Shown one piece after another: positions 1-10,757 of a stretch of 64,000 bases of DNA. Within the stretch, counting starts at the first letter, position 1; every line of letters begins with the position of its first letter. A program made the position numbers and the translations under genes. The notes under the pieces were generated by a model. It was not told the origin of the DNA. It did not search any database and was given only the letters and a program-made list of their open reading frames with translations. The stretch comes from Promethearchaeota archaeon (GTDB lineage Archaea > Asgardarchaeota > Lokiarchaeia > Sigyniarchaeales > SOKP01): the NCBI GenBank assembly GCA_019058365.1, contig JAHPZE010000003.1, positions 64,001 to 128,000 of the forward strand, written 5' to 3'.

Positions 1-185
1 ACTATATTCTGTAATTTTAATAATAACAATATAAGATATCGTAATAATATTTTTTTTTAAATTAAAAAATATTGTGAAAGTCATAAAATTTAAAGAAAAA
101 TACTATAATTAAAATATTATTTTACGTAATCACTAAGAACTTGTTTCCTTATTAAGATGAGATTCTAATATTATATATACGAATT

Positions 186-1070
186 CTACGTTAGTTTATG
201 AGCTTCTTTACAGACGTCAACATTTTCAATCCATTCGTTGATTTTATTTAGCTCCTGTTCAGGAAATTCATATGAATGCTCTCGATCAGGGTATATTCCA
301 TTTATAACTTCGTCTTTATAATTATTCAAAGCATGACGAATAGATTCTCCAATGTTACCAAAATATTTAACAAATTTAGGTTTAAACTCTGTAAAGATAC
401 CTAACATGTCGTGAATTACCAATATTTGGCCATCACAATACACTCCAGCTCCGATACCTATAGTTGGAACATCAACACTACTTGTAATTATTTTTGCTAT
501 TTGCCAAGGAATACCTTCTAAAACAATTGAAAAAACTCCTGATTCCTCTAAATTTTTTGCATCTAATATTAATTTCTTTGCTGCTTCTATTGTTTTCCCT
601 TGAACTAAATAACCTCCAAACTCATAAATTGCTTGAGGGGTGAGACCAATATGCCCCATAACTTGAATATCTGCATTGATCATTGCTTTAATCGTAGGAC
701 AAATTTCTGTTCCCCCTTCGACTTTAACAGCTTCAGCACCACCTTCTTGAATAAAACGTCCAGCATTTTTAACAGCATCGGTGAGATTTATCTTATATGA
801 AAGAAAAGGCATGTCTCCAACAAGTAATGCATTTGATACTCCTCGGCTTACCGCTTTAGTATGATGAATCATTTCATCCATAGTTACAGATAGAGTATTC
901 TTATATCCAAGCATTACCATTGAAAGCGTATCTCCTACAAGTATAAGATCAATACCACTATTATCAACGATTTTTGCTAGTGAATAATCATAGGAGGTGA
1001 TGGTAACTATTTTTTCTCCTTTTTTTTTCTTCCCAATAATATCATTTATTGTGACTTTTTGTAAGGACAT
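186..1070 (-). CDS. panB: 3-methyl-2-oxobutanoate hydroxymethyltransferase (ketopantoate hydroxymethyltransferase)
   Basis: Motifs [51 protein letters not shown]. Confidence 0.97.
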   Translation of the reverse strand: MSLQKVTINDIIGKKKKGEKIVTITSYDYSLAKIVDNSGIDLILVGDTLSMVMLGYKNTLSVTMDEMIHHTKAVSRGVSNALLVGDMPFLSYKINLTDAVKNAGRFIQEGGAEAVKVEGGTEICPTIKAMINADIQVMGHIGLTPQAIYEFGGYLVQGKTIEAAKKLILDAKNLEESGVFSIVLEGIPWQIAKIITSSVDVPTIGIGAGVYCDGQILVIHDMLGIFTEFKPKFVKYFGNIGESIRHALNNYKDEVINGIYPDREHSYEFPEQELNKINEWIENVDVCKEAHKLT

Positions 1071-1258
1071 ATTTTCAAATAACTAATTAGCTTTGAAAAA
1101 TGTTATGAAATTTTGCTTAAGTTATTTTCGAGAGCATGAAAAGAAGATCATTAGAAATATGCAAATTTGCTATTTGTAATAATAATAATTTTTATCAATA
1201 AGACTTTTTAATCTTCACATATTAACCCTAATAGTCTAATAAAGAGGATTTAAGCATT

Positions 1259-2287
1259 ATGATAGATCCAAAAGATATTGATTTCTATTCATTGGGATTT
1301 AATTTTATTGCAACAAAAACTATGTTTATGGCAAATCATAAAAATGGCAAATGGGAAGATGGAAAATTATTACCTTTTGGAAACTTCGAAATTTCTCCAG
1401 CATCATGTGTAATAAATTACGGACAAGGTATTTTTGAAGGAATGAAAGCCTTAAGAGCAAAGAATGGAGAAGTTACGTTGTTTAGACCAGCAGAAAATAG
1501 TAAAAGATTTAATTTTAGTGCTAGAAGAATGTTAATGCCAGAATATGATGCCGATAAGTTTATTGATGCTGTGAAGAGAGTGGTAAAGGCTAATGAAGAG
1601 TTTATTCCTCCTTATGATAGTGGAGGAGCTTTATATATCCGGCCGATTTTGTTTGGATATGGACCTATTCTTGGAGTACACTCAGCAGAAGAATTTAAAT
1701 TGATAATTTTTACAGTTCCTGTTGGACCTTATTTTCCAGAGGGCTTTAAAGGAATTAAGTTAGAAATATCAAAAAATTATACTAGAGCTGCTCCTGGAGG
1801 GACGGGTTCAGCAAAAACAATATGTAATTATGCTGGGACAATGTTGCCCGCAAAAGAAGCTAAAGCAAGAGGGTTTTCACAAATTTTATATTTAGATGCC
1901 ATTCATTTAGAGTATATCGAAGAAGTCGGTGCAGCTAATTTTTTCGCAATGATTAATGGTAAATTAGCCACTCCCAGAAAGTCGGGAACAATTTTAGAAG
2001 GAATTACGAGGGAATCTATTTTAGAACTTGCATCCAAAAAATTAGGAATTGAGGTTGAAGAGAGAGAAATTTCTTATAGAGAATTATTTAAAGATTCATG
2101 TACAGAAGCATTCTGTAGCGGTACTGCAGCGGTAATTACTCCAATTGCATCAGTTAATATAGAAGGGAACGAGCGAATCTTTAATGACCAAGAACCAGGG
2201 GAAATAACTAATAAAATATATAAATTGCTAACAGGAATTCAGCGAATAGAAATAGAAGATGAGTTTGGATGGATTACTAAAGTATAA
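1259..2287 (+). CDS. ilvE: Branched-chain amino acid aminotransferase (PLP fold IV)
   Basis: NYGQGIFEGMKA, LYIRP, AKTICNYA, EEVGAANFF, ILEGITR, SGTAAVITP. Confidence 0.95.
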   Translation: MIDPKDIDFYSLGFNFIATKTMFMANHKNGKWEDGKLLPFGNFEISPASCVINYGQGIFEGMKALRAKNGEVTLFRPAENSKRFNFSARRMLMPEYDADKFIDAVKRVVKANEEFIPPYDSGGALYIRPILFGYGPILGVHSAEEFKLIIFTVPVGPYFPEGFKGIKLEISKNYTRAAPGGTGSAKTICNYAGTMLPAKEAKARGFSQILYLDAIHLEYIEEVGAANFFAMINGKLATPRKSGTILEGITRESILELASKKLGIEVEEREISYRELFKDSCTEAFCSGTAAVITPIASVNIEGNERIFNDQEPGEITNKIYKLLTGIQRIEIEDEFGWITKV

Positions 2288-2301
2288 TTTTTTTTTATTT
2301 T

Positions 2302-2805
2302 TTAAATTCTTTCTATGAGAGAAATGAATGCTTTCTTAACGTTATCTCCTGTTTTTGAGGAGATTTTTAAATATCCTATAATATTATTATATTTTTTTAT
2401 TATATTTAATATATAATCATCAAAAATTTTACAGTTATATATATCAATAATATCAGATTTGTTTCCCAATATAAAAGCAGATATATTACCATATTGATTT
2501 AATTTTTTTATCCAATCTTCAACTCCTTCAAGCGTGTTGAATCGAGATAAGTCAAATAATACAAAAGCTGCTATAGAACCATCCACAAAATCATTTAACA
2601 ATTGTTTAAATTGAGATTGCCCTGCAAAGTCCCACATTACAAAATTATATTCTTGCTCATTTATAGTTAGATTTTTGGAAAAAAAATCAATTCCTTTAGT
2701 TAATTCGCAATTATCATCGAAATTATCATGGATTAAACGATTTAGAAACGATGTTTTCCCAACACCACCATCTCCAGAAACAATGATTTTTACTGTTTTT
2801 TTCAT
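2302..2805 (-). CDS. Rab/Ras-like small GTPase
   Basis: G1 GDGGVGKTS, G3 WDFAGQ, G4 NKSD, G5 SSK. Confidence 0.93.
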   Translation of the reverse strand: MKKTVKIIVSGDGGVGKTSFLNRLIHDNFDDNCELTKGIDFFSKNLTINEQEYNFVMWDFAGQSQFKQLLNDFVDGSIAAFVLFDLSRFNTLEGVEDWIKKLNQYGNISAFILGNKSDIIDIYNCKIFDDYILNIIKKYNNIIGYLKISSKTGDNVKKAFISLIERI

Positions 2806-2983
2806 GTTAATATATACTATATTGTTTTTAGTTTAAAAAACTACGATAAAAGGTGATTTCCGTAATAGTAGAACATAAAAAAATCTTGCTATATACAATC
2901 CTTTTACTTACTTAAATGTAAAAATCAGTGTATTTTAAAATATAGAAAATGATAAGATAAGATTTATACGGAGTTTGAGTATT

Positions 2984-3388
2984 TTATTGTACTCGAAGAA
3001 GCTGTGAACTTCCAGTACAAATTAATCCTCCTTTTTCATCCCAGATTTTTGCTTTACAAAAGAAGATATTTTTCCCACTCTTAATGCACTTAGCCTTTGC
3101 TGTTAAACGTCCCTTAGATACGGGTTTGAGAAATTCGACTTGTAAATCTATTGTTGTAACATATACATCAGGAAGGATCAGAGACAACGCTGCACATCCA
3201 CAAGTAGAATCGACAAGAGAAGCTAAAACGCCTCCATGAATGATCCCATTCTGGGTAAGGTTTTCTCTTATTTCCATTTCAAAATTAACTCTTCCATCCG
3301 CGATTTCTTGTATTTCAAAACCCAATGTGGAATAGTACGGTATTTTTTTATAGAGTAGCTTTATAATATCATTCATATTATATATCAT
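2984..3388 (-). CDS. PaaI family thioesterase (hotdog fold)
   Basis: NGIIHGGVLASLVD and TIDLQVEFLKPV. Confidence 0.9.
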   Translation of the reverse strand: MIYNMNDIIKLLYKKIPYYSTLGFEIQEIADGRVNFEMEIRENLTQNGIIHGGVLASLVDSTCGCAALSLILPDVYVTTIDLQVEFLKPVSKGRLTAKAKCIKSGKNIFFCKAKIWDEKGGLICTGSSQLLRVQ

Positions 3389-3478
3389 TCTGTTTTAGAA
3401 TATAATTATATGTGTTAATGGAGATTTTTTAAAATTTCTAAAGGCAAAAAATTAAAACCTATGAAATCACACTAATTC

Positions 3479-4384
3479 TTGATGCTGAAATTTAGAATTA
3501 ATAGCTTTATCGACCTTAGATTTGAAGATGGGAAAACTAATATTTATGTGAATAATAGACTATTTAATCATTGTAAATATATCCTACTGAATCTTCCAGC
3601 TGATGATTCTAAGAATATTACTGATATTGATTCAATAGATGATGCTGTTAAAAATTTAAATAACTCCGTCGAAATTATAGGAAATGAGATAAATAAGATT
3701 AATCCTGAAATATTATTTTGGGCTCATTGTTCAAATCTTCAAACATGGTATGAAAATAATTATAATACAAATTTGATCCATAGTAATTTAGCATTTCCAT
3801 TGCTTAAAGAGTTGACTAGAGCAGGAGATCTTAAAGCAACGAAAATTTTTAAAGAAGAAGTTGCAAAAAGATTTGAGGGTCATAATCTAAACGTAATTCA
3901 ATTCTTGTTGTATAATAAATATTTAGATTGTTTAAATAAGGAGGAATTAGAGACTTTATTAGAACGTATTAGTGCTAGTTTAACTGATTTGGTTACTAGA
4001 AAACTTAGAGAACAATTAAAAGCAATTTACGCTAATTTCAGAGAAATTAAAGATGTAATTGATATATTACTTTTTCTTGATTTAAATTATAATCAAAATT
4101 TAATTCTTCGAATCCTAAATAAATTAAGTATGAAAAATAATACTCATTTTACATATTTTTTAATATTGCATTTAAACTTTAAAGACCATTTTGATTTTAA
4201 AATCCCTTATGGAAAATTTTTCACTTACTTTGAGAAGATCCTTAATGATATTTATAAGAATTATCCAGAAATCGATGATTTACTTAAAATTATCGATTCT
4301 GGCTTTATAAATGGTGGAATTTCTCTAGATGAAAAACTTTCCTATGGTTTTGTATCTAATCCAGAAGGCATATATGAAGAATAA
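3479..4384 (+). CDS. Lokiarchaeal conserved protein (family often fused to LRRs)
   Basis: Contains FWAHCSNLQTWYENNYNTNLIHSNLAFPLLKEL, a motif recalled from an expanded Lokiarchaeia family; no LRRs visible here. Confidence 0.6.
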   Translation: MMLKFRINSFIDLRFEDGKTNIYVNNRLFNHCKYILLNLPADDSKNITDIDSIDDAVKNLNNSVEIIGNEINKINPEILFWAHCSNLQTWYENNYNTNLIHSNLAFPLLKELTRAGDLKATKIFKEEVAKRFEGHNLNVIQFLLYNKYLDCLNKEELETLLERISASLTDLVTRKLREQLKAIYANFREIKDVIDILLFLDLNYNQNLILRILNKLSMKNNTHFTYFLILHLNFKDHFDFKIPYGKFFTYFEKILNDIYKNYPEIDDLLKIIDSGFINGGISLDEKLSYGFVSNPEGIYEE

Positions 4385-4401
4385 TCAAATTCGAATAATT
4401 A

Positions 4402-5184
4402 TTACTCTAAACTTTTTTCTAGATAATAATAACTATAAGCTTTTTCAAAACCTAATTTATTGTAGAGGTTCATAGCTTTATTATTTTCAATTTCAACTTG
4501 TAACCATATGGTTTTGACACCATTTGGAATAGCCCAATCGCTTATAACTTTAAAAAGCATTGATGTAGCAATATATTGCTTCCGAAAATTTGGTTTTACT
4601 AATAGATCAGCAATATACAAGAATCCATGTGGATCTAATATTCCCATGAGGGTTCCTACAACTTTATTTTCGTGTTTGGCTATAATAAAACGTTTCTTTG
4701 GAATAATAATTCTTTTAACTAAAGCATCTAAAATTTTCTGTGCACTTTGATCTCTCTTAGAATATTTGCTTATAAAATTAGAAATTACTTCTTCTCGTTT
4801 AGAATAGATAAAATATTTAAATTTTTCATTAATTACCCCAATTCTTAATTTTTGAGCAGAAGCAATCAGTGTATGAGTAATACAACCTAGTTGGTGATAT
4901 CTATGCTCTTTTAGTTTAACAACTAAATTGCTTGGTTCAAAAAAGTCAGGTATTGTAAAGATTGTCGGTAAATTATATGCTTGATAGGCTTTTTCAGCGA
5001 GTTTGATATCTTTATCTAATTCATTCAAATAACCAGTATAACGTAAAGGAAAGACAGAATTTGCGCGAGATGTAACTCCATCAGTAAAGCGCAAGATCCA
5101 CCCATGTAAAAAGTAATAATGGTGCGCCGGCCATGAATTCATCAATATTTCTTGTAAAAATTTTATATCTTCTTTTCCAAACAT
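4402..5184 (-). CDS. GNAT family N-acetyltransferase
   Basis: N-terminal GWILRFTDGVTSRANSV; C-terminal acetyl-CoA motifs FRKQYIAT and LQVEIENNKAMNLYNKLGF. Confidence 0.88.
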   Translation of the reverse strand: MFGKEDIKFLQEILMNSWPAHHYYFLHGWILRFTDGVTSRANSVFPLRYTGYLNELDKDIKLAEKAYQAYNLPTIFTIPDFFEPSNLVVKLKEHRYHQLGCITHTLIASAQKLRIGVINEKFKYFIYSKREEVISNFISKYSKRDQSAQKILDALVKRIIIPKKRFIIAKHENKVVGTLMGILDPHGFLYIADLLVKPNFRKQYIATSMLFKVISDWAIPNGVKTIWLQVEIENNKAMNLYNKLGFEKAYSYYYLEKSLE

Positions 5185-5190
5185 AAATAT

Positions 5191-5343
5191 CTAACTCTTA
5201 ATTTTTTTTAAATTAAAGTACTTTTTCTTTCTTTTTCTTATTTTAATTTCAGTGTTGCCCAACTTAGCACTACAATACCTACAATTAGTAGTATAACCCT
5301 CTAATTCCTTTCCACATTCTGGACAATATTTAGGTCCCGATAA
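5191..5343 (-). CDS. Small zinc-ribbon ORF or fragment (not in ORF track)
   Basis: Manual translation LSGPKYCPECGKELEGYTTNCRYCSAKLG...KIKS*; two CxxC pairs; no clear start codon. Confidence 0.45.
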   Translation of the reverse strand, partial: LSGPKYCPECGKELEGYTTNCRYCSAKLGNTEIKIRKRKKKYFNLKKIKS

Positions 5344-5462
5344 GCAATTGTCTCTTATACAAACCCACTCTCGTCGTCAATATCTAAATTATTAAAAAAA
5401 ATTTATTTATATTTACCTATTTTGTATTTTAAATCAGTCATATAGTTTTTTAATACACAATT

Positions 5463-6068
5463 GTGATAAGGAATATAATTTTTGATTTGGGTAATGTAAT
5501 TTTCAATTTTAAACCAGAGAAATTCTTACGCAGATATACTAACGATGAAATTTATATAAAAGACTTTATTTCCAAAGTGATTCGAAGTGAAATTTGGTTA
5601 AAATTAGATCGTGGAACAATTTCAATTAAAAAGGCAGAGGAAGAATTCATTGAGAAATTTCCAGAAGATCGCAATTTTATTTTGATGTTCTTTGAAGAAT
5701 GGATGAAGATGCTTACTCCAATCCAAGAAAATGTAAAAATTCTATATGAGTTAAAAGCTAATGGTTATAAATTATATATTTTATCTAATTTTATTATTGA
5801 AGCGTTTGATTATGTACAAAACCAATATAGTTTTCTGACACTTTTTGATGGAAAGATTATTTCAGGGAACGTAAAAGTTATTAAACCTGAGCTTGAGATC
5901 TATCAAATGTTAATTAAAATATACAATTTAGTACCAGAAGAATGTATATTTATTGACGATGTACTCGCTTTTTTATCTAGAGCAAGACGATTGAATATAA
6001 AAACAATTTTATTTACACAAGATACAAATTTACGTACAGAATTAAGGAAATTGAAAGTGAATATTTAA
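5463..6068 (+). CDS. HAD family phosphatase
   Basis: IIFDLGNV, LSN, KPELEIY, FIDD motifs. Confidence 0.92.
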   Translation: MIRNIIFDLGNVIFNFKPEKFLRRYTNDEIYIKDFISKVIRSEIWLKLDRGTISIKKAEEEFIEKFPEDRNFILMFFEEWMKMLTPIQENVKILYELKANGYKLYILSNFIIEAFDYVQNQYSFLTLFDGKIISGNVKVIKPELEIYQMLIKIYNLVPEECIFIDDVLAFLSRARRLNIKTILFTQDTNLRTELRKLKVNI

Positions 6069-6077
6069 AATTAAATT

Positions 6078-6917
6078 TTATAGAGATTTTCGGTTTTTTT
6101 TAATCCATTTAATACCAAAATCCACGATGTCTCGTTGTGATATTAGTCTAGATTCTGCTAAACCGACTTTCCCGGGAATATAATTAATTTTTAATTCGAA
6201 ATCAATTCCTAATTGCTCAAAATCGTCATTATTGATATCTAATTCTTTCCATTCTACCCATTTTCTTTCATTACCTACTTGAATTGCTGATCCATTTAAT
6301 CTATAATGTTTTCCTGGATAATCACCTCGATATTCAGCAAGGTGTAGAGAGCTGTTATTTTCGTGGGACACTCCAACTAATAAAACTTTTCCATCAAGTT
6401 CATATATTCGAGCTATTGGAGAATTTTCACCTAGATCAGCCAGTAATTCGTGATTTTCTATTATGAGTTTAGCATATTTTCCCCATGCTGCAAAAGAGGA
6501 TATTGGATGATTACTACGAAGTACATTAGGCCATTTTCTAAAAGTATCCACAATTATTCCCATTCCTCGAGTAGGCGTTATTCCAGGATGATAAGCAGGC
6601 ATTTCATTACGAATTATATCCCACCAACTTTTTGGTACAGGTGGATTTTCCCAAAATGATGGATCCGTATTATCACCGGAAAATGTGGGCATAATCAATG
6701 TTCCTTCTGAAGTAAGGATTTGCATCACTGCTTTTATAACTGAAACAGGCCCTCCTACAGTCCATCCTATTGCGCTTAATGAACTATGCATTATCAGTGT
6801 TTGTCCTGATCTAATGCCGAGCGATTCAAAATCTTGTTTTAATGAAGTTATAGTGTTAGGATATTGAGTAGATTCCACAACATCCCACTCAGATTGTTTA
6901 TGATGACCAATTCCCAT
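6078..6917 (-). CDS. AAC(3)/YokD family N-acetyltransferase
   Basis: HSSLSAIGWTVGG, GTLIMPT, RSNHPISSFAAWG, SSLHLAE. Confidence 0.9.
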   Translation of the reverse strand: MGIGHHKQSEWDVVESTQYPNTITSLKQDFESLGIRSGQTLIMHSSLSAIGWTVGGPVSVIKAVMQILTSEGTLIMPTFSGDNTDPSFWENPPVPKSWWDIIRNEMPAYHPGITPTRGMGIIVDTFRKWPNVLRSNHPISSFAAWGKYAKLIIENHELLADLGENSPIARIYELDGKVLLVGVSHENNSSLHLAEYRGDYPGKHYRLNGSAIQVGNERKWVEWKELDINNDDFEQLGIDFELKINYIPGKVGLAESRLISQRDIVDFGIKWIKKNRKSL

Positions 6918-7036
6918 AGCGTTGAGAATTATTAAAAATTAAAAAAATTTTTGTAAAAGTGATTTTTGTTTTTTCGATAAAAATACTAAATTTATACTCT
7001 GTTTTTCTTTAAAAATGCACAATAATTGATAGATCT

Positions 7037-7753
7037 ATGGTTGATAATCATAGTTACAGTTTTTTTGGCCAGAAGGTAGGATTGATTATTCAAAGTTCTT
7101 CTAAAAATGAGCTTCATATCTTTTTTAGACTTATTAAATGCAAAAATGATGGTTCTTGGGAAAAACCAAGTATCGGAGAAGGCAAAGTTATTAAATTTTC
7201 ATTGGAAGAGATAGTTTGGATCATCCGTGTATTAGACAAAGAAACTAACTCGTGGTCAAGTTATCATACGTTTAAAGATGCGAAAACACAAATTTCCTTC
7301 AAGTGGGAAAATGGAGAATATAATAAGTTATGGATTCACATTGGTAAATATTCTAAAGTCCTTGAATATGCTCAGATTAAGATACTAGAATTATTATTGA
7401 AACATTTTTTAAAAGAAAAAATAGAATTCGCTACAACTCCTAATATTTCAAAAAAAAGTGATTCAGAATTAATCGAAAACATTATAGTTCAAGAGGAAAT
7501 AATCACAAATAAAGAAAAATCATTTCTTGATATGAAACATAGAGAAAAGATAGATAATTCAAGTGAGATACAAAGTGTTAATGGAACCATCAAGGGTGAA
7601 ACTAATAAAGCTCTACTTATCCAATTTGATAACGGAACTGAAATTTGGATTCCTAAGTCCAGAATTCACTCAAGTTTTGATAAGAACAGAAATGATAATC
7701 AAAAGTTCATAATCGACGACTGGATTTTAAAAAAAAATGAAGTTGTTTCTTAA
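7037..7753 (+). CDS. Hypothetical protein; C-terminal ETxKA(x)n-WIPKS small beta domain
   Basis: Long ORF; function not assignable. Confidence 0.6.
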   Translation: MVDNHSYSFFGQKVGLIIQSSSKNELHIFFRLIKCKNDGSWEKPSIGEGKVIKFSLEEIVWIIRVLDKETNSWSSYHTFKDAKTQISFKWENGEYNKLWIHIGKYSKVLEYAQIKILELLLKHFLKEKIEFATTPNISKKSDSELIENIIVQEEIITNKEKSFLDMKHREKIDNSSEIQSVNGTIKGETNKALLIQFDNGTEIWIPKSRIHSSFDKNRNDNQKFIIDDWILKKNEVVS

Positions 7754-7765
7754 GGGTCCTAAATA

Positions 7766-7900
7766 ATGCCTAAATCTGAGGAAGAGGATATCGAGAAATA
7801 CAGATTCATAATATATCATGGACATATTCATATATTATCAAAAAATGATGAGATTCAAGAATTTAAGAATATTGATGAAGAAAAATTACCAATTTTATAA
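7766..7900 (+). CDS. Small hypothetical ORF (44 aa, not in ORF track)
   Basis: ATG..TAA just after the previous gene: MPKSEEEDIEKYRFIIYHGHIHILSKNDEIQEFKNIDEEKLPIL. Confidence 0.35.
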   Translation: MPKSEEEDIEKYRFIIYHGHIHILSKNDEIQEFKNIDEEKLPIL

Positions 7901-8052
7901 GCAATTTTCTCAGTAAGTACATATCTTTCCCTTTAAATTAATCATTTTTATCATAGCCACAAACCAAATAAAACATAGACTATTTTTTATTGTAGAATCA
8001 TAAAAATGATTACGAAGAAATTTAGAATATTTAGGAAAACGGGGCAATTAAT

Positions 8053-9438
8053 ATGGAAAAATCTGCTGATATAGTTATAATTGGTGCTGGACCTGTAGGA
8101 ATTTATTTTGGTTGGCAATTGGCAAAAAAGGGGCACTCTGTCTTAATTATTGAGAAAGAATCCAAAGAAAATACAGGTTCAAAAATGGATCAGTTTCATT
8201 TAGAGACTATGGTTTTTGATAAGTATAAAATACCCCCACCTGTAGAGGGAACAGATGAGTTTATTACAAATTTTAAGTGGACTTCATATTATGGGCCTTA
8301 TGGAAAATATCAACAGGTAATGGAATATCCGGTAACTGCAATGAGATTTCAATATTTTATACAGAGACTAATATATATAACTGAAGTAGATGGGGTTCAA
8401 TTCAAATTTTCAGCTACATATAAAGAACCAATAATAAAAGAAAATAAAATAATAGGAGTTAAATTTGAAAAAGATGGTAAAATCTATGAAATTCTAGGAA
8501 AGCTAATTGTTGATTCTACTGGTTCTTCAGCAATTGTACGACAGTCTCTGCCTAAGGATTTTGGAGTAGAAACATTCAAAATTGAGAATGAAGATAAAAT
8601 GTATGTAATTCAGAGAGTTATACAATGGAAGAATCCAGATGAACCACACCCGGGTACGGGAAAATACGAAGAATCAATTTCATATCTATATTATAAAACT
8701 TGGGTAGCACCTCATTTCTTACCAAATGCAAATATATTTGGCGGAGGTCAACCAGGAGGATATCAAAACCAAGAAAAAGCTACTGAAATCTTCCTACAAG
8801 AAGTTCCTTTCCCTCCTTATGAAATTTTAGAAGTACATAAAGCCACTACAGCTTATCGTAGGTCACCATATTCTCTTGTTGGTAATGGATTCTTTTGTAT
8901 TGGTGATAGTGCATGTATGTCGAAATCTTTTAGTGGGGAAGCAATCGAATCTTCTTGGAATGTGGGTCTTATAGCATCGGACGTAATTCATACAACTTTA
9001 GAGAAAAATTTAGAGTTGAATAGAGTAAATTTATGGCCAATAAATATACGTTTTTTCAGAAATCGAGGAGCAAAACTTGCTGCTTTATTAGCTCAAATTC
9101 CGGGTGCTGCAAACACTACTAAAAAAGACGTGATTTATCTTTTCAAGAAAAGTTTTATATTTAGTGGTCGAGATTTCACTTCAATGTGGGAAAACCTTGA
9201 ATTAGATATGAGTTTTGGAAGGATGATAAAGATAGTAGGTTTATTTCTTTGGGGTCTTTTAACTCGACAGTTTTCCAAAAAAGCATTAGGAACGATGTTA
9301 AAATATATGAAAATTTCTGGAAGGATTAGAGAACATTATGAAAATTATCCTGAAAATCCAAAAAATTTTGACATTTGGACTGAAAAAGCTAATGAACTAT
9401 GGAGTCACGTTGAAAAGATGAAATTTACACTTATCTAA
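8053..9438 (+). CDS. NAD(P)/FAD-dependent oxidoreductase (geranylgeranyl reductase-like)
   Basis: N-terminal IIGAGPVG Rossmann motif; IGDSA motif. Confidence 0.8.
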   Translation: MEKSADIVIIGAGPVGIYFGWQLAKKGHSVLIIEKESKENTGSKMDQFHLETMVFDKYKIPPPVEGTDEFITNFKWTSYYGPYGKYQQVMEYPVTAMRFQYFIQRLIYITEVDGVQFKFSATYKEPIIKENKIIGVKFEKDGKIYEILGKLIVDSTGSSAIVRQSLPKDFGVETFKIENEDKMYVIQRVIQWKNPDEPHPGTGKYEESISYLYYKTWVAPHFLPNANIFGGGQPGGYQNQEKATEIFLQEVPFPPYEILEVHKATTAYRRSPYSLVGNGFFCIGDSACMSKSFSGEAIESSWNVGLIASDVIHTTLEKNLELNRVNLWPINIRFFRNRGAKLAALLAQIPGAANTTKKDVIYLFKKSFIFSGRDFTSMWENLELDMSFGRMIKIVGLFLWGLLTRQFSKKALGTMLKYMKISGRIREHYENYPENPKNFDIWTEKANELWSHVEKMKFTLI

Positions 9439-9497
9439 TAGAATTTCTCGATATCTTTTATATATATCATTCTAGTTATAATAATATTCGAAAAATT

Positions 9498-9704
9498 TCA
9501 ATTATACCCACTATAACAATATTTCTGATGAAAATTTATGCAAATAGCGCAAAATGTCTCTCCGCACAACGCACAAACGATTTCTTCATTTTTATATATA
9601 TCTAAATTCTTCTCACATCGATTACAATGTCTATATCTCAAAGCAAAAGAATCTCTAGCTTTTTGGAACTTTCGCTTTTTTTTTTTATACTTTAACTCAA
9701 GCAT
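9498..9704 (-). CDS. Small Cys/His-rich zinc-finger protein
   Basis: CNRC...CALC...CAIC..H...C in 68 aa. Confidence 0.55.
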   Translation of the reverse strand: MLELKYKKKKRKFQKARDSFALRYRHCNRCEKNLDIYKNEEIVCALCGETFCAICINFHQKYCYSGYN

Positions 9705-9807
9705 TACTACTGTATTTTAAAAAAAACAATTTAAACTCAGATAAAAATTTCTGAAATCGTTTATATGAGTTAATGAACGATGATTTTAACTTTTTAGGAT
9801 ATATATT

Positions 9808-10095
9808 TTATTTCAAATCCTCAACTAATTCAAGAAATCCTGTATATGGAATAGCAACCCAACTTTCTGCAAATGTAGCCCCCCGCAGAACGAGAAAGCA
9901 ACGAAACTTTTGCTGCTTCCTTTTCATTTTTAACTTCGAAGATATCAAGGAAATCATATCGCCCTAAAATGGCATAATGTGCGATCTATTTAATATTTGG
10001 AACTTTCTCTCTAACCAGGTTTAACTATTTTTCTCCTCATTCTTTCCTTTTCTCTACTAAGTCAGGATTTTGAAGTTTAGTTACTAATATATATA
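9808..10095 (-). pseudogene. GYD-domain protein pseudogene
   Basis: Manual translation KVPNIK*IAHYAILGRYDFLDIFEVKNEKEAAKVSLLSRSAG, then frameshift in a G-run to ATFAESWVAIPYTGFLELVEDLK*; has both an internal stop and a frameshift; 5' end approximate. Confidence 0.7.
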
Positions 10096-10193
10096 TTAGT
10101 ATAAAGAAAAGAATAATAATTGAAAATTTAAATCTTATTGAGTCTATTGAATTCTAAAGACTAATATCTAATTAGTGGAAAATAAAGGAAGTA

Positions 10194-10730
10194 TTATAAC
10201 CTAACTTTTTTTATCATAAACCTTGTTATTGATTCAAATATTTTTTCTACATTTTGGCCTGTTTTTGATGAACACTCATAATATCCATCTAAATTATGTA
10301 ATTGTGCCAGATCAATAGCTTGTCCCATATCGATTGTTCTTAAATTCTCCAGATCTGTTTTACCTCCAACTATTATAATTGGAATTGATAGAATACCCTG
10401 CTTATCTTTGAAGAATGATAACCAGTTTTCAATACTTCTTAAACTACTCTTTCTAGTTATGTCATACATAAAAATGCCACCATGAGCACCTTTAACAAAA
10501 CTAGGAAAAAGAATTTGATATTTTTCTTCACCAGCAAAATCCCATATCTGAAGTACTACATTCTTTCCATCGACTTCTAGAGATTTTTTTGTAATATCCG
10601 TACCTATTGTCATTTTTAAGTCTTCTTTAAAAGTTTTTGTTACAAATCTTCGAGTTAAAGATGTTTTTCCAACACCATGATCGCCAAAAACACATAATTT
10701 ATATTTTAACTGTTCTGAGATAATATACAC
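10194..10730 (-). CDS. Rab-like small GTPase
   Basis: GDHGVGKTS, TIG, WDFAGEE, GKTD, ECSSKTG. Confidence 0.94.
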   Translation of the reverse strand: MYIISEQLKYKLCVFGDHGVGKTSLTRRFVTKTFKEDLKMTIGTDITKKSLEVDGKNVVLQIWDFAGEEKYQILFPSFVKGAHGGIFMYDITRKSSLRSIENWLSFFKDKQGILSIPIIIVGGKTDLENLRTIDMGQAIDLAQLHNLDGYYECSSKTGQNVEKIFESITRFMIKKVRL

Positions 10731-10757
10731 CCTTTCATAATATTATAAAATAAAAAA

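Noticed and set aside
6078-6917. Clinically relevant aminoglycoside resistance gene
   Set aside because: The AAC(3)/YokD family is broad and its substrate cannot be inferred from sequence; there is no mobile-element context.
9808-10095. In-frame TAG in the GYD gene as pyrrolysine or other recoding
   Set aside because: The TAG sits where a Trp (TGG) is expected and the gene also has a frameshift, so ordinary decay is the simpler explanation.
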